DNA of 32,712 bases from Alphaproteobacteria bacterium (GCA_039808665.1 JBDHTO010000002.1:1-32712), one strand, 5' to 3'. Numbered from the stretch's first letter, positions 1 through 11,557 are shown. Program-made: numbers and translations. The notes: generated from the letters alone by a model not told the origin.

Positions 1-392
1 ACAACCTCAGCAGATGCTGATGGCTTTGCAGATGGATCGCGATCAATAAACTCAATCACAGCCATAGGTGCGTTGTCACCATAACGAAAACCATTTTTCA
101 TAATGCGTGTATAACCACCCGCGCGGTTTTGATAACGTGGTGAAAGTGTTTTGATCACTTTATCTACAACCGCTTGGTCTTGCAGTTGCGAAACGAGCTG
201 ACGACGTGCGTGAAGGTCGCCTCTTTTGCCAAGTGTAATAATTTTTTCAACAATAGGACGAAGTTCTTTTGCTTTTGGCAAAGTCGTTCTGATTTGCTCA
301 TAAGTCAAAAGGCTTTGTGCCATGTTTTTGAAGAGCGCCTTACGATGCTCTGATGTTCGATTTAATTTACGACCGTTAATACCGTGTCTCAT
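1..392 (-). CDS. rplQ: 50S ribosomal protein L17 (bL17), C-terminus cut by window edge
   Basis: Not in the ORF track because it runs off the window. Manual translation from ATG (cat at 390-392) gives [29 protein letters not shown]...[25 protein letters not shown], a bL17 signature. It lies directly downstream of rpoA, as in the alpha operon. Confidence 0.9.
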   Translation of the reverse strand, partial: MRHGINGRKLNRTSEHRKALFKNMAQSLLTYEQIRTTLPKAKELRPIVEKIITLGKRGDLHARRQLVSQLQDQAVVDKVIKTLSPRYQNRAGGYTRIMKNGFRYGDNAPMAVIEFIDRDPSAKPSASAEV

Positions 393-414
393 TATTCTTC
401 TCCGACTTTAATTC

Positions 415-1434
415 TTATGCGTATGGATCTTCAAGTTTCTTTGCGAGCTCTTCAATATTCTCTGGTGGCCAATTAGGAATAACCATGCCAAAGCCGAGTC
501 CCATTTGCACAAGAACTTCTTTAATTTCATTCAGTGATTTACGACCAAAGTTTGGTGTTTTAAGCATCTCGCTTTCACTTTTTTGGACAAGATCACCAAT
601 GTAGATGATGTTTTCTGTCTTAAGGCAGTTTGCAGAACGCACAGAAAGCTCAAGCTCTTCAACTTTGCGCAACAAGTTACGGTTAAAGGGAAGCTCATCA
701 GATTCTGATTTCTTCTCTGCCGCTTTAGGTTCTTCGAAGTTAATAAACACCTGAAGTTGGTCTTGCATAATACGTGCAGCAAGCGCCAAAGCATCATCTG
801 GCTTCATGGAACCATCCGTCACAACACGAAGTGTCAGCTTATCGTAGTCAGTACGTTGCCCCACACGTGTTTGATCGACCTTATAGAATACTTTCTTGAT
901 AGGACTATAAATCGCATCAATAGGAATTACACCGATTGTACGCTCATCCGCAGGAATTTGGTTCGCAGGAACATATCCTTTACCAGATTCAACCATCATT
1001 TCCACGGAAAGTTTTGCATTCTTGTCGAGTGTGCAAATCAACACATCGGGATCAAGTATTTCAACTTCTGAGGGACACTCGATGTCACGTGCGTAAACGG
1101 GACCAGGAGCTGTTGCATGAAGCTTGATACGCTTTGGCATCTCAGAGTTTAACTTCACACCAATGGTTTTCAAGTTCAAGATAATATCTGTAACATCTTC
1201 ATGAACACCCTGAATTGTTGAGAATTCATGGAGAACGCCGTCGATCTTAACACTTGTGATCGCAGCACCTTGCAGTGAAGAAAGAAGGATACGGCGAAGC
1301 GCATTTCCAAGTGTCAAACCAAAGCCGCGCTCAAGTGGCTCAATAACAACTTCGGCTTCACGAAGCTGCTGATCTGCATAATTGAAATTCAAATTATAGG
1401 GCTTTATAAGAGCCTGCCAGTTTTTCTGAATCAC
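415..1434 (-). CDS. rpoA: DNA-directed RNA polymerase subunit alpha
   Basis: 339 aa. N-terminus is [13 protein letters not shown]-terminal domain carries [11 protein letters not shown]...IGDLV. GTG start (cac at 1432-1434) matches the homolog N-terminus. Confidence 0.97.
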   Translation of the reverse strand: MIQKNWQALIKPYNLNFNYADQQLREAEVVIEPLERGFGLTLGNALRRILLSSLQGAAITSVKIDGVLHEFSTIQGVHEDVTDIILNLKTIGVKLNSEMPKRIKLHATAPGPVYARDIECPSEVEILDPDVLICTLDKNAKLSVEMMVESGKGYVPANQIPADERTIGVIPIDAIYSPIKKVFYKVDQTRVGQRTDYDKLTLRVVTDGSMKPDDALALAARIMQDQLQVFINFEEPKAAEKKSESDELPFNRNLLRKVEELELSVRSANCLKTENIIYIGDLVQKSESEMLKTPNFGRKSLNEIKEVLVQMGLGFGMVIPNWPPENIEELAKKLEDPYA

Positions 1435-1458
1435 GAGAGTCCCCTATTCCTTCAAAAA

Positions 1459-1851
1459 TTAAACGCGACGGCGCTTTGCTGGACGCACACCATTGTGTGG
1501 AACAGGTGTTACGTCACGAATGGTTGTAATCGTAAAGCCCACAGCTTGCAAAGCACGCAACGCTGTTTCACGACCTGATCCAGGACCTTTTACAATCACA
1601 CTCAAATTTTTCATACCATGCTCAAGAGCTTTTTTTCCTGCATCTTCTGCTGCAATCTGTGCTGCATAAGGTGTGGATTTACGTGATCCCTTGAATCCCA
1701 TCATCCCAGAAGAAGACCAAGAAATCGCATTGCCTTGCTCGTCTGTAATGGTGACCATTGTGTTGTTGAATGTAGAGTTGACGTGCGCAACGCCATTAAT
1801 AACGTTTTTTTTCTCGCGACGACGAACACGTGTAGTTTGTTGTTTTGCCAT
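1459..1851 (-). CDS. rpsK: 30S ribosomal protein S11 (uS11)
   Basis: 130 aa with [24 protein letters not shown] motif. ATG at 1849-1851. Lies between rpsM and rpoA. Confidence 0.97.
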   Translation of the reverse strand: MAKQQTTRVRRREKKNVINGVAHVNSTFNNTMVTITDEQGNAISWSSSGMMGFKGSRKSTPYAAQIAAEDAGKKALEHGMKNLSVIVKGPGSGRETALRALQAVGFTITTIRDVTPVPHNGVRPAKRRRV

Positions 1852-1867
1852 AGTTCAGTCTCAGTCC

Positions 1868-2245
1868 TTATTTGGATGCTATCTTCTTACCCGCGATAGG
1901 AACTGCTTTTCCTTTGCGAGTACGTGCGTTTGTGTGGGTTCTTTGACCACGTACAGGAAGCCCCTTACGATGGCGAAGACCTCTGTAGCAACCAAGGTCT
2001 GTAAGACGCTTGATGTTCATAGATACTTCACGACGAAGATCACCTTCTACCTGATAATCTCTGTCAATCACCTCACGAATTTTGAGTACGTCTTGATCAG
2101 AAAGCTGATTCACGCGCACTTGCATATCAAGATTGAGCTTCTTCATGATTTCATCAGCTTTTTTAGGACCGATTCCATAAATATATGTCAGCGCAATCAC
2201 AAGTCTTTTTTGTGTTGGTATGTTCACACCAGCAATACGTGCCAC
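1868..2245 (-). CDS. rpsM: 30S ribosomal protein S13 (uS13)
   Basis: 125 aa, [10 protein letters not shown]...[11 protein letters not shown] start (cac at 2243-2245). Confidence 0.97.
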   Translation of the reverse strand: MARIAGVNIPTQKRLVIALTYIYGIGPKKADEIMKKLNLDMQVRVNQLSDQDVLKIREVIDRDYQVEGDLRREVSMNIKRLTDLGCYRGLRHRKGLPVRGQRTHTNARTRKGKAVPIAGKKIASK

Positions 2246-2258
2246 TGTAGTTTCTCCT

Positions 2259-2909
2259 TTATTGGCTTCTTTTTAGTATTGACTCAATCAGATCGCTCAC
2301 GGCATGAGGTGAAAGTGCCGCGTCGACCGTATGGAGTACTCCTTTGTCTCTGTAGTACCCTAAAATCGGCAACGTTTCAAGATAATACAAGTCGAGTCGC
2401 TTTTTCAAGACCTCTTCTTGATCATCTTCGCGAATGCGCAGATTTTTGCTCCCACAAAAATCACATATTCCCTCTTCCTTTGTTGGGCTAAAAGTTTTGT
2501 GATAAGTTGCACCACAATCCTTACAGGAATAGCGACCGAGAATTCTTTGCAAAAGAATGTCATCATCTAGTTTGAATTCAATTGCAGAATCTACTTTCAT
2601 ATGGTGACGCTCAAGCACTTCATCCACAGATTTCGCCTGGGCTAATGTACGAGGTACACCATCTAATATAATTTTTTTATCACCACATTGTTCGAGGGCA
2701 GATTCAAAAACCTCTAGTATAATTTCATCTGAAACGAGATTACCCTCACCCATGATTGTCTTTAGCTTATTTCCCAATTTTGATCCGGAAGCGATCTCCG
2801 CTCTCAACATATTTCCGGTAGAAATACATGCATAGGATGGGTCAAGCGTAATATTTTGAACTTGCGTTCCTTTCCCTGAACCTGGTGGACCAAAAAAAAC
2901 GACAACCAT
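2259..2909 (-). CDS. adk: Adenylate kinase, long form with Cys4 LID
   Basis: 216 aa. P-loop [18 protein letters not shown], and a LID segment with CKDC...CDFC (Cys129/132/149/152). ATG at 2907-2909, one nt after the secY stop. Confidence 0.93.
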   Translation of the reverse strand: MVVVFFGPPGSGKGTQVQNITLDPSYACISTGNMLRAEIASGSKLGNKLKTIMGEGNLVSDEIILEVFESALEQCGDKKIILDGVPRTLAQAKSVDEVLERHHMKVDSAIEFKLDDDILLQRILGRYSCKDCGATYHKTFSPTKEEGICDFCGSKNLRIREDDQEEVLKKRLDLYYLETLPILGYYRDKGVLHTVDAALSPHAVSDLIESILKRSQ

Positions 2910-2910
2910 A

Positions 2911-4257
2911 TTACCTTTTGCCTTTTAATGATGACCGTCGAATAAGTCCTTCGTACTGATGCGCCAAAAGATGCGACTGAACTTGAGCGAATGTATCAAT
3001 CGTCACACTCACCACAATCAGCAAACTGGTACCACCAAAATAAAAGGGCAAATGAACCTTGGATAAAATAAGTTCAGGTAGAATACAGATGGACGCGAGA
3101 TACAAGGCACCTACAGCCGTAAGGCGGGTCAGAACATAATCAAGATAATCTGCAGTTGATTTACCAGGGCGAATACCAGGGATAAAGGTTCCCATTTTGC
3201 GAAGGTTTTCCGCTGTTTCCGCAGGGTTGAACACAATCGCGGTATAGAAGAAAGCAAAGAAAATAATCATTGCCACAAAAAGCGCCATATAAAGAGGCTG
3301 CCCGTGCGAAAGAAGTGATGCAAGCTTACCCATAAAGGAATCAGAATCTGCCGCCCCTGCAAAACCAATAATGGTTCCAGGCAAGAGAAGAAGTGACGAC
3401 GCAAAGATCGGAGGAATCACACCCGCACTATTAAGCTTGAGAGGCAAGTGTGTTGTCTGACTTGTCGCAGGTCTGTTCGCTGCCATTTGGCGTTTTGGAT
3501 ACTGAATTGTAATACGACGCTGAGCCTTTTCCATAAAGACGATATAACCAATCACAACAGCAACCATCACAAGAATCAGCAACAGAACAAGAAATGGGAT
3601 CGCGTCTTGACGACCAAGCTCAAGGGTATTGATCAACGCTTGGGGCAAGTTTGCAACGATACCGGAATAAATAATAAGAGAAGCACCATTACCAATACCA
3701 CGAGACGTAATTTGCTCACCCAACCACATGATAAAAAGGGTACCACCGGTAAGAGTTACAATGGTGGTCATCTTAAACATAAAACCTGGAATTAAAACGG
3801 CAGGCCCCGCGTAACCTACGATCTTTTCAAGCCCCATGGCGATACCATAAGCCTGAATAGCTGCGAGAAAAACCGTACCATAACGCGTATATTGATTGAG
3901 TTTTTTCTTTCCCGTCTCACCTTCCTTTTTCAAGGCTTCAAAGTGAGGAGAAATCGATGTCATAAGCTGAACGATAATGCTCGCAGAAATGTACGGCATG
4001 ATGTTCAACGCAAAAATGGTCATACGAGAAATCGCACCACCGGAAAACATGTCAAGAATTCCAAGAATTCCCCCAGCATTTTGTTGAGTAAACTCACGAA
4101 TAATGTCTGGGTTAATTCCTGGCAGAGGTATATAAGTTCCTATGCGATACACAACGAGAACAGCGAGTGTAAAAAGAATACGTTTCTTCAGATCCTCAGC
4201 CTTGCTAAAAGAAGAAAAACTGAGGTTTGCGGCTAGCTGTTCTATTGCAGATGACAT
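2911..4257 (-). CDS. secY: Preprotein translocase subunit SecY
   Basis: 448 aa polytopic membrane protein (GILDMFSGGA, IMPYISASII). Canonical position between rplO and adk. Confidence 0.97.
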   Translation of the reverse strand: MSSAIEQLAANLSFSSFSKAEDLKKRILFTLAVLVVYRIGTYIPLPGINPDIIREFTQQNAGGILGILDMFSGGAISRMTIFALNIMPYISASIIVQLMTSISPHFEALKKEGETGKKKLNQYTRYGTVFLAAIQAYGIAMGLEKIVGYAGPAVLIPGFMFKMTTIVTLTGGTLFIMWLGEQITSRGIGNGASLIIYSGIVANLPQALINTLELGRQDAIPFLVLLLILVMVAVVIGYIVFMEKAQRRITIQYPKRQMAANRPATSQTTHLPLKLNSAGVIPPIFASSLLLLPGTIIGFAGAADSDSFMGKLASLLSHGQPLYMALFVAMIIFFAFFYTAIVFNPAETAENLRKMGTFIPGIRPGKSTADYLDYVLTRLTAVGALYLASICILPELILSKVHLPFYFGGTSLLIVVSVTIDTFAQVQSHLLAHQYEGLIRRSSLKGKR

Positions 4258-4265
4258 AGTAAACC

Positions 4266-4724
4266 TTATTTTGAAATATTAAGAGTCAATCCTGATTTTT
4301 TGGCTTTTTCTTCAGCGGCTTTTGTCGCGCGATCAACGCGCACTGAAACTTTATCCGCAGCATCGCCTGTTGCAAGCAACACAACACGCTTAAGATAAGG
4401 CTTCATATAACCAAGCTGAACCAAAAGATCGCGATTGATTTCTTGATCCTTTATACCATGCTTTTTTACAATTGTTGAGATCTTATCAAAAGTCAGTTCG
4501 TATGCTTCGATACGATGAATATTGATAAATCCACGCTTTGGAAGACGACGGTAGATTGGTGTTTGACCACCTTCAAAACCGTTCAAGGAGACACCTGAAC
4601 GTGCTGTTTGACCTTTTCCACCACGTCCGGAAGTTTTACCTTTACCTGAACCGATACCACGGCCTACACGCATTTTTCGTTTACGTGCACCGTCATTATC
4701 ACGAATATTATTGAGTGTTAACAT
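4266..4724 (-). CDS. rplO: 50S ribosomal protein L15 (uL15)
   Basis: 152 aa with the glycine-rich N-terminus GRGIGSGKGKTSGRGGKGQ. Confidence 0.95.
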   Translation of the reverse strand: MLTLNNIRDNDGARKRKMRVGRGIGSGKGKTSGRGGKGQTARSGVSLNGFEGGQTPIYRRLPKRGFINIHRIEAYELTFDKISTIVKKHGIKDQEINRDLLVQLGYMKPYLKRVVLLATGDAADKVSVRVDRATKAAEEKAKKSGLTLNISK

Positions 4725-4733
4725 GACGCCCTC

Positions 4734-5060
4734 TTATGCCTTTTCTACAATCTGAACCATGTGTTGAGCTTTACGCACCAAACCACGCACTTCCGGAGTA
4801 TCTACAAGCTCACGAACTTGATTCATCTTGGAAAGACCAAGACCTTTGAGATATTCTCTTTGACGTGCGTCACGACGAATCGGACTACCGGTTCTTTTAA
4901 CAAAAATTGTAGGACCTGAGGGCCTTGCTTTTGGAGCAGACGATTTTTTTGCTGCAGCAGATGCTTTTGGAGCTTCAGCTTTTTTCGCTACAGGGACTTT
5001 CCCCTCAGCTTTCTTTACCGGTGCCTTTGCGGCGACTTTCTTTTCTTTTGTTTCTGTCAT
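4734..5060 (-). CDS. rpmD: 50S ribosomal protein L30 (uL30) with a long A/K/P-rich N-terminal extension
   Basis: 108 aa. The C-terminal ~58 aa ([56 protein letters not shown]) is the L30 fold. ATG at 5058-5060 is 1 nt after the rpsE stop, with GAGG 8 nt upstream. No in-frame ATG/GTG/TTG lies between this ATG and the conserved core. Confidence 0.85.
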   Translation of the reverse strand: MTETKEKKVAAKAPVKKAEGKVPVAKKAEAPKASAAAKKSSAPKARPSGPTIFVKRTGSPIRRDARQREYLKGLGLSKMNQVRELVDTPEVRGLVRKAQHMVQIVEKA

Positions 5061-5061
5061 G

Positions 5062-5634
5062 TTATGCCTCGACTACCTGTTCATTTTTGCCATGCGCCTC
5101 ACGACGTGCAACAATCTCTGGAACTTTTTTGCCAAGTTTGTTTGCAATTTGACGAGGTGACATAATCTGCTTCAACGCTTCCACTGTTGCAGAAACCATG
5201 TTGTGATAGTTGGATGTTCCAACAGACTTTGACACGATGTCATGAAGACCGAGAACCTCAAATACTGCACGCATTGGACCACCCGCGATGATACCTGTAC
5301 CCGCAGGCGCTGAGCGCAACTGAACGCGTCCTGCACCGTGTTTCACCGCGATATCATGGTGAATCGTACGTCCTTCACGAAGGGGAATACGTACCATTGT
5401 ACGCTTCGCTTGCTCAGATGCTTTACGAACTGCATCAGGAACTTCGCGTGCTTTACCTGTGCCATAACCAACACGTCCCTTACCATCACCAACAACAACG
5501 AGTGCTGAGAAGCGAAGGTTTTTACCACCTTTTACCACTTTGGTAACACGGCGTACGCTGACCAACTTCTCGATGAGCTCTTGCTCTCTATCTTTTTCTT
5601 GCGTTGGTTTTGCTGCTTTTGCTGCTTTTGTCAT
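5062..5634 (-). CDS. rpsE: 30S ribosomal protein S5 (uS5)
   Basis: 190 aa with [30 protein letters not shown] motif. Confidence 0.96.
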   Translation of the reverse strand: MTKAAKAAKPTQEKDREQELIEKLVSVRRVTKVVKGGKNLRFSALVVVGDGKGRVGYGTGKAREVPDAVRKASEQAKRTMVRIPLREGRTIHHDIAVKHGAGRVQLRSAPAGTGIIAGGPMRAVFEVLGLHDIVSKSVGTSNYHNMVSATVEALKQIMSPRQIANKLGKKVPEIVARREAHGKNEQVVEA

Positions 5635-5645
5635 ATTAATTACCC

Positions 5646-6005
5646 TTAAAATTTCAAGCCAGCTTCACGTGCAGCCTCAGCAAGAGCCTTCACGCGACCA
5701 TGGAACAAAAAGCCAGATCTGTCAAAAACGACTTCTTTGACACCTGCTTTAACCGCTTTTTCCGCAATGGACTTACCAATGGCCATAGCAGCTTCTTTAT
5801 TTCCGCCATTTTTGATTTTTGCTTTAACAGCTTTATCATTTGTTGACGCAGAAACGAGTGTTACCGCAGCAACATCATCAAAAATTTGTGCATAGATGTG
5901 CTTGTTTGTTCTGTGAACAGAAAGACGCGGACGGCCAGCCTGATTCACCTGACGCAATTTAATGCGCATACGTTCACGACGACGTTGTAACAATGGATTA
6001 GTCAT
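5646..6005 (-). CDS. rplR: 50S ribosomal protein L18 (uL18)
   Basis: 119 aa with [15 protein letters not shown] and [26 protein letters not shown]. Confidence 0.95.
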   Translation of the reverse strand: MTNPLLQRRRERMRIKLRQVNQAGRPRLSVHRTNKHIYAQIFDDVAAVTLVSASTNDKAVKAKIKNGGNKEAAMAIGKSIAEKAVKAGVKEVVFDRSGFLFHGRVKALAEAAREAGLKF

Positions 6006-6007
6006 GG

Positions 6008-6541
6008 CTACTTCTTCTTTCCTTCTTTTCTCAGAACGAATTGATTTTCTTTAATAACACCCTTACCTTTATAAGGCTCTGGTGGACGATATCCTTGAAG
6101 TTCAGAGGCAATCTGACCAAGAACTTGCTTGTCTGCACCAGTAAGGGCGATGGTTGTCGGCTTTTCGCACTTTGCTTCAACACCTTGAGGAAGCGGATAA
6201 GTAATATCGTGAGAATATCCCAACTGAAGTACAAGGTTACGACCTTGAACAGACGCCCTATAACCAACACCTACGAGATCAAGGTTATACGTAAACCCTT
6301 CAGAAACACCTTTAATAGCGTTCTTCACGTTACGTTGCATTGTTCCCCACATGGAACGTGCAAAATCTGATTCGTTAGCAGGCTGAACTTTAATGCCCTC
6401 AGCTTCTTGTGTAATTTTTACAGCCTCTGGATAGTCGTGCGCAATTTTGCCAAGACGACCAGACACTTCGATTTTACCACTGTTGATACTTACTGTAACA
6501 CCCTGTGGCACTGCAACTGCATGTTTTCCTACGCGTGACAT
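6008..6541 (-). CDS. rplF: 50S ribosomal protein L6 (uL6)
   Basis: 177 aa, [17 protein letters not shown]...GVGYRA. Confidence 0.95.
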   Translation of the reverse strand: MSRVGKHAVAVPQGVTVSINSGKIEVSGRLGKIAHDYPEAVKITQEAEGIKVQPANESDFARSMWGTMQRNVKNAIKGVSEGFTYNLDLVGVGYRASVQGRNLVLQLGYSHDITYPLPQGVEAKCEKPTTIALTGADKQVLGQIASELQGYRPPEPYKGKGVIKENQFVLRKEGKKK

Positions 6542-6552
6542 CTTTGACTATC

Positions 6553-6951
6553 CTAGAATACACTAAACAATAATTCGCCACCGATGCCCTTTTCGCGAGC
6601 TTCGATATCGGACATAACACCACGTGATGTGGAGAGAACGTTAATCCCCAAACCGTTTGCAACACGTGGCATTGCTTTCGCTTGAAAGTACGCACGCATT
6701 CCAGGTTTAGATCTGCGTTCGATTTTCTCGATCACGGGACGACCTTCTGAATACTTAAGTTCTATGCGAATGTTGCGAATATCTTTTCGCACTTCTTCGA
6801 CAGAGTATCCGCGAATGTAACCTTCTTTAACGAGGACATCGAGGACTTTTGTTCTAAATGTGGAGTGTGGGGACACAACATCCTTTTTACCAACAGCTTG
6901 CGCGTTGCGAATGCGTGTAATCATATCTCCAATGGGATCATTCACATACAT
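6553..6951 (-). CDS. rpsH: 30S ribosomal protein S8 (uS8)
   Basis: 132 aa, DPIGDMITRIRNA at the N-terminus. Confidence 0.95.
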   Translation of the reverse strand: MYVNDPIGDMITRIRNAQAVGKKDVVSPHSTFRTKVLDVLVKEGYIRGYSVEEVRKDIRNIRIELKYSEGRPVIEKIERRSKPGMRAYFQAKAMPRVANGLGINVLSTSRGVMSDIEAREKGIGGELLFSVF

Positions 6952-6958
6952 GTTTTTT

Positions 6959-7264
6959 CTACCAACTTGACTTTACTACACCTGGAAGTAATCCTGCGGA
7001 CGCGAGATCGCGAAGAGCGATACGGGACATCTTAAACTTACGATGGTAACCACGTGGGCGACCAGAAAGTTCACAGCGATTACGCTCACGAACACGTGAA
7101 GAGTTGCGTGGCATTTCTGCCATTTTGTGTGCAACTTCGATACGACGTTCAAATGACGTTTCTTTATTCATCAGTTCCGCTTTTAATGCGCGACGTGTTT
7201 CTGACTTATTCACGATCATCTGCGCGCGGCGTTTGTTATTGTTAATTGCACTAAGCTTTGCCAT
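6959..7264 (-). CDS. rpsN: 30S ribosomal protein S14 (uS14), long form
   Basis: 101 aa, [28 protein letters not shown]...SW. Lacks the CxxC pairs of the short zinc form. Confidence 0.95.
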   Translation of the reverse strand: MAKLSAINNNKRRAQMIVNKSETRRALKAELMNKETSFERRIEVAHKMAEMPRNSSRVRERNRCELSGRPRGYHRKFKMSRIALRDLASAGLLPGVVKSSW

Positions 7265-7275
7265 TATCCACTCCC

Positions 7276-7815
7276 CTACTTTGCAAAAGGCATGTTGAAG
7301 GCGCGGAGCAATTCTCTTGCTTCATCATCTGTCTTCGCCGTTGTACAAATTATTACATCAAATCCACGAATCTTTTCAACTTTATCATAGTTGATTTCTG
7401 GAAAAATGATGTGTTCTTTTACACCTACCGCATAGTTTCCACGGCCATCAAAGCTCTTAGAGGAAACACCACGAAAGTCTCTTACGCGTGGGAGTGCAAT
7501 GTTGATAAAGCGATCAAGGAATTCGTACATACGCTTGTTGCGCAGTGTAACCTTTGCACCAATGTTCATACCTTCACGAAGTTTAAATCCAGCAATAGAT
7601 TTTTTCGCTTTTGTCATCACAGGTTTTTGACCTGTAATAAGGGAGAGATCTTCAACAACTGTTTGAAGTTTCTTGCTATCTTGCACGGCATCAGAAACGC
7701 ACGCGTTAATCACGATTTTTTCAATACGTGGAACTTCAAGATCATTTGTATATCCATGTTGCTTTTTAAGCTCTGGGCGAATTTTCCCAACATAGACTTC
7801 TTTTAAACGAGCCAT
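7276..7815 (-). CDS. rplE: 50S ribosomal protein L5 (uL5)
   Basis: 179 aa, [20 protein letters not shown] motif. Confidence 0.95.
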   Translation of the reverse strand: MARLKEVYVGKIRPELKKQHGYTNDLEVPRIEKIVINACVSDAVQDSKKLQTVVEDLSLITGQKPVMTKAKKSIAGFKLREGMNIGAKVTLRNKRMYEFLDRFINIALPRVRDFRGVSSKSFDGRGNYAVGVKEHIIFPEINYDKVEKIRGFDVIICTTAKTDDEARELLRAFNMPFAK

Positions 7816-7826
7816 AACTTTAATCC

Positions 7827-8147
7827 TCAGACGTTCGCGCCATTGTTCTTGAAGTATCTGGCGCGTGTTCCATCTTCAAGAGTCCGAATCCCAACCTTAG
7901 AACGGGAATCGGTCGCTGTGTTTACCAAAGCCACATTAGAAATGTGGAGGGGCATTTCTTTTTGAAATACACCGTTTGGATTTGCGGCAGATTGTTTTGC
8001 AAAACGTGTCACCATGTTAAGTCCCTTGACGAGAACTTTCATGGAATCACGGTCAACACTTACGATCTCTCCGCGCTTTCCTTTTTCTTTACCTGTGGTC
8101 ACCTCAACAAGGTCACCCTTTTTAATTTTCAATTTAATCTGCGTCAT
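7827..8147 (-). CDS. rplX: 50S ribosomal protein L24 (uL24)
   Basis: 106 aa with KOW motif [22 protein letters not shown]. The ATG directly abuts the rplN stop codon. Confidence 0.95.
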   Translation of the reverse strand: MTQIKLKIKKGDLVEVTTGKEKGKRGEIVSVDRDSMKVLVKGLNMVTRFAKQSAANPNGVFQKEMPLHISNVALVNTATDSRSKVGIRTLEDGTRARYFKNNGANV

Positions 8148-8516
8148 TTAGAGCACCTCTGGGGCAAGTGAAATAATTTTCATAAACCCTTGACCGCGAA
8201 GCTCACGAAGCACAGGGCCAAAAATACGTGTTCCAATGGGTTCATTCTGCTTGTTAATAATAACTGCAGCATTTCCATCAAAGGAGATCTCAGATCCATC
8301 TTGGCGCTTAATCGCTTGCTTTGTGCGCACGATCACAGCACGATGAACTGTACCTTTTTTTACTTTTCCTTTTGGAATCGCATCTTTAATAGACACAACG
8401 ATGATATCGCCAACAGACGCATATCTTCTTTTTGATCCACCGAGAACTTTAATGCACATAACCTCACGTGCACCAGAGTTGTCAGCGACTTGTAAACGAG
8501 ACTCTGTTTGAATCAT
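8148..8516 (-). CDS. rplN: 50S ribosomal protein L14 (uL14)
   Basis: 122 aa, [28 protein letters not shown]. Confidence 0.97.
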   Translation of the reverse strand: MIQTESRLQVADNSGAREVMCIKVLGGSKRRYASVGDIIVVSIKDAIPKGKVKKGTVHRAVIVRTKQAIKRQDGSEISFDGNAAVIINKQNEPIGTRIFGPVLRELRGQGFMKIISLAPEVL

Positions 8517-8524
8517 GGCAATAC

Positions 8525-8767
8525 CTAAGCAGACTTCTTATCAACAACAACGACCCATTTCTTTGTTTTAGAAATTGGAGCCGACTCAATAATGCGCACG
8601 GTGTCACCCATTTTAAAGGTGTTATTCTCATCATGCGCTGTATACTTCGCAGATCGCTTCATATACTTCTTATATACGGGATGCTTAACGCTCTTTTCAA
8701 CACGAACCGTTACAGTTTTATCGCATTTATCGCTAACGACGACACCCTCAAAAATTCTTCTAGGCAT
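8525..8767 (-). CDS. rpsQ: 30S ribosomal protein S17 (uS17)
   Basis: The ORF track starts at a TTG (8791). The ATG at 8765-8767 gives [21 protein letters not shown], the canonical S17 N-terminus (80 aa). It overlaps the rpmC 3' end by 8 nt. Confidence 0.9.
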   Translation of the reverse strand: MPRRIFEGVVVSDKCDKTVTVRVEKSVKHPVYKKYMKRSAKYTAHDENNTFKMGDTVRIIESAPISKTKKWVVVVDKKSA

Positions 8768-8960
8768 TTTTCTGTCTCTTTGTTTCTGCAAGTCTCATCA
8801 AAACGCGCGCAAGATCTTTGCGATGGGCTCTGATTTGAGCTGTGTTGTTTAACTGATTAAGCTTCTTTTGTACGCGAAGCGCATACATACCCTTTTTTAG
8901 GTTATAGGCTATGTCAAGAAGCTCAGATTCTGTTTTTGTTTTTACCTCTGTGTACTTCAT
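8760..8960 (-). CDS. rpmC: 50S ribosomal protein L29 (uL29)
   Basis: 66 aa helical protein between rplP and rpsQ, with [19 protein letters not shown]. Confidence 0.92.
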   Translation of the reverse strand: MKYTEVKTKTESELLDIAYNLKKGMYALRVQKKLNQLNNTAQIRAHRKDLARVLMRLAETKRQKNA

Positions 8961-8963
8961 GAC

Positions 8964-9392
8964 TTAGACTCCCTGAGATAATGTTGTGACACGTGTTACA
9001 AACTTTGTCGCAATAGGAAGCTTCGCAGCTGCAAGCGCAAAAGCTTGCTGAGCCATTTCCGCATCAACACCATCGATCTCGAACATGATCTTACCTGGTT
9101 TAACACGGGATGCCCAATACTCAGGGCTACCTTTACCACTACCCATGCGAACTTCAGCAGGCTTTGTAGACACAGGAACATCTGGATAAATACGGATCCA
9201 AACTTTACCCACACGACGCATGTGACGTGTCATCGCACGACGCGCCGCTTCAATTTGGCGCGCTGTAATACGTGCAGGCTCAAGTGCTTTTAAACCATAA
9301 CTTCCAAAGCTTACGTACGTACCTGATGTTGCAACACCGTGGATACGACCTTTAAAGGCTTTTCTAAATTTTGTCTTCTTTGGCGAAAGCAT
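8964..9392 (-). CDS. rplP: 50S ribosomal protein L16 (uL16)
   Basis: 142 aa, [19 protein letters not shown]. Confidence 0.96.
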   Translation of the reverse strand: MLSPKKTKFRKAFKGRIHGVATSGTYVSFGSYGLKALEPARITARQIEAARRAMTRHMRRVGKVWIRIYPDVPVSTKPAEVRMGSGKGSPEYWASRVKPGKIMFEIDGVDAEMAQQAFALAAAKLPIATKFVTRVTTLSQGV

Positions 9393-9395
9393 TTT

Positions 9396-10088
9396 TTATC
9401 TTCCTTCATTACGTGGAGACTGCTCGCCGCCACCGATTCGCTTATCTTGTGCCATGGGATCATGCTCAAGAATCTGACCTTTGTAGATCCAGACCTTAAT
9501 ACCGATGATTCCATAGGTCGTTTTTGCTACACCCAAAGCATAGTCAATATCAGAACGAAGTGTATGTAAAGGAACGCTTCCCTCAATGTACCACTCCATA
9601 CGCGCGATTTCCGCACCGGACAAACGACCGGAACAGTTTACACGAATTCCTTGACCACCTACGCGCAGACATGTCTGCATCGCACGCTTCATCGCACGAC
9701 GGAAAGAAACACGGCGTTCAATTTGCTGTGCAATTCCATCTGCAACAAGTTTCGCATCAAGCTCTGGCTTACGCACCTCAATAATGTTAATGGAGAGTTC
9801 AGACTTTGTGAACTTTTGAAGATCAACCTTGAGTTTATCAAGATCAGACCCCTTCTTACCAATCAACACACCTGGACGTGCGGTGTAGATGTTAACACGG
9901 GCTTTCTTTGCCGGCCTTTCGATAATAACGCGCGAAATACCTGCATGCGCCAACTTTTCGAACACATAGGCACGCATCTTGATATCTTCTTGAAGCAAAG
10001 AGCCATAAGACTTATTTGAATACCAGCGGGAATCCCATGTTTTGTTGATTCCGAGGCGCATTCCAATTGGATTAACTTTTTGACCCAT
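9396..10088 (-). CDS. rpsC: 30S ribosomal protein S3 (uS3)
   Basis: 230 aa, [23 protein letters not shown]. Confidence 0.97.
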   Translation of the reverse strand: MGQKVNPIGMRLGINKTWDSRWYSNKSYGSLLQEDIKMRAYVFEKLAHAGISRVIIERPAKKARVNIYTARPGVLIGKKGSDLDKLKVDLQKFTKSELSINIIEVRKPELDAKLVADGIAQQIERRVSFRRAMKRAMQTCLRVGGQGIRVNCSGRLSGAEIARMEWYIEGSVPLHTLRSDIDYALGVAKTTYGIIGIKVWIYKGQILEHDPMAQDKRIGGGEQSPRNEGR

Positions 10089-10093
10089 CGCTC

Positions 10094-10438
10094 TTATGCC
10101 TTCTTCTCTGTAACTTCAATAAATACGTGACTGAAGTATTTTTTAATTCTTGTCCCGCGACCTTTTGCACGTGCGCTAAAGCGCTTTAAGGCAAAACCCT
10201 GACCAACGGATGCGTTAGATACTACTAAATAATCGATATCAAGTCCATGATTATTCTCAGCATTTGCAATCGCTGACTCAAGCGCCTTTTGCACTTCAGA
10301 TGCGCAACGCTTTGGTGAAAATGAAAGGGCTGCTACAGCGCGTGACGCTGTCATACCACGAATCATTTTTGCGACCAGATTTAGCTTGCGCGGACTGACG
10401 CGGATCTTCATACGTGAAGCTTTTGCTGTCTTTGTCAT
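10094..10438 (-). CDS. rplV: 50S ribosomal protein L22 (uL22)
   Basis: 114 aa, [17 protein letters not shown]. Its start overlaps the rpsS stop (TAATG). Confidence 0.94.
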   Translation of the reverse strand: MTKTAKASRMKIRVSPRKLNLVAKMIRGMTASRAVAALSFSPKRCASEVQKALESAIANAENNHGLDIDYLVVSNASVGQGFALKRFSARAKGRGTRIKKYFSHVFIEVTEKKA

Positions 10439-10719
10439 TAGCCCCTCTTCGCTTTCTTATCTGCCTTAGAGTGACCGTAATATGTGCGTGTTGGTGCAAA
10501 TTCACCAAACTTGTGACCAATCATATGCTCTGTCACAAACACGGGAATAAATTTTTGCCCGTTGTATACACCAAATGTTACGCCCACAAATTGTGGAATG
10601 ATCGTTGAACGACGTGACCATGTTTTAATCACATCTTTACGACCGGACTGCTGTACCGCCTCTGCTTTTTTGATCAAATAACGATCAAAGAATGGGCCTT
10701 TCCAAACTGATCTTGTCAC
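10438..10719 (-). CDS. rpsS: 30S ribosomal protein S19 (uS19)
   Basis: 93 aa, [12 protein letters not shown]...[16 protein letters not shown] start (cac at 10717-10719). Confidence 0.96.
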   Translation of the reverse strand: MTRSVWKGPFFDRYLIKKAEAVQQSGRKDVIKTWSRRSTIIPQFVGVTFGVYNGQKFIPVFVTEHMIGHKFGEFAPTRTYYGHSKADKKAKRG

Positions 10720-10730
10720 GACTCACTCCC

Positions 10731-11555
10731 CTATTTTGTTCTTCTTCTCATGATTAAACTAGACGTACGTTTGTTTGTACGGGTTTTCTTTCCTTTTGTA
10801 GGCTTACCCCAAGGTGTCACTGGGTGACGACCACCGGATGTCTTACCTTCACCACCACCGTGCGGGTGATCAACAGGGTTCATAGCAACACCACGAACAA
10901 CCGGACGGCGACCCATCCAACGTGTACGACCAGCTTTACTGTATGTCCTGTTTTTATGATCTTGGTTAGAAACTGCACCCACGGATGCGAAGCATTCGCC
11001 CTTAATCATACGAAGCTCACCAGAGGAAAGTTTTACAATGGTATAACCAGCATCACGACCTGCAATCTGTGCATAAGCACCGGCAGAACGCGCAAGCTGA
11101 CCACCTTTACCAATCTTAAGCTCGATATTGTGAATAATCGTACCCACAGGGATATTTTTGATTGGAAGAGCGTTGCCTGGCTTAATGTCAGCTTTTTCTG
11201 AAGCGATCACTTGATCTCCAACAGAAAGCTTTTGTGGTGCAAGGATATAACTTACATCACCATCAGCATACTTAACAAATGCGATAAACGCACTTCTGTT
11301 TGGATCATACTCAAGACGTTCAACTGTACCAGCGACATCCATCTTACGACGTTTGAAATCAATCATACGATAAAGACGCTTGTGACCACCACCGCGGTTC
11401 CAAGAGGTGATATGACCATGATGGTTACGACCACCACTTTTTGTCAAACCCTCTGTAAGAGTCTTTTCGGGTTTACCTTTCCAAAGCTCAGATCGATCAA
11501 TATTGATGAGCTGGCGCTGGGCGTTTGTAACGGGTTTAAAATTTTTAAGTGCCAT
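10731..11555 (-). CDS. rplB: 50S ribosomal protein L2 (uL2)
   Basis: 274 aa, [21 protein letters not shown] motif. Confidence 0.97.
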   Translation of the reverse strand: MALKNFKPVTNAQRQLINIDRSELWKGKPEKTLTEGLTKSGGRNHHGHITSWNRGGGHKRLYRMIDFKRRKMDVAGTVERLEYDPNRSAFIAFVKYADGDVSYILAPQKLSVGDQVIASEKADIKPGNALPIKNIPVGTIIHNIELKIGKGGQLARSAGAYAQIAGRDAGYTIVKLSSGELRMIKGECFASVGAVSNQDHKNRTYSKAGRTRWMGRRPVVRGVAMNPVDHPHGGGEGKTSGGRHPVTPWGKPTKGKKTRTNKRTSSLIMRRRTK

Positions 11556-11557
11556 GA

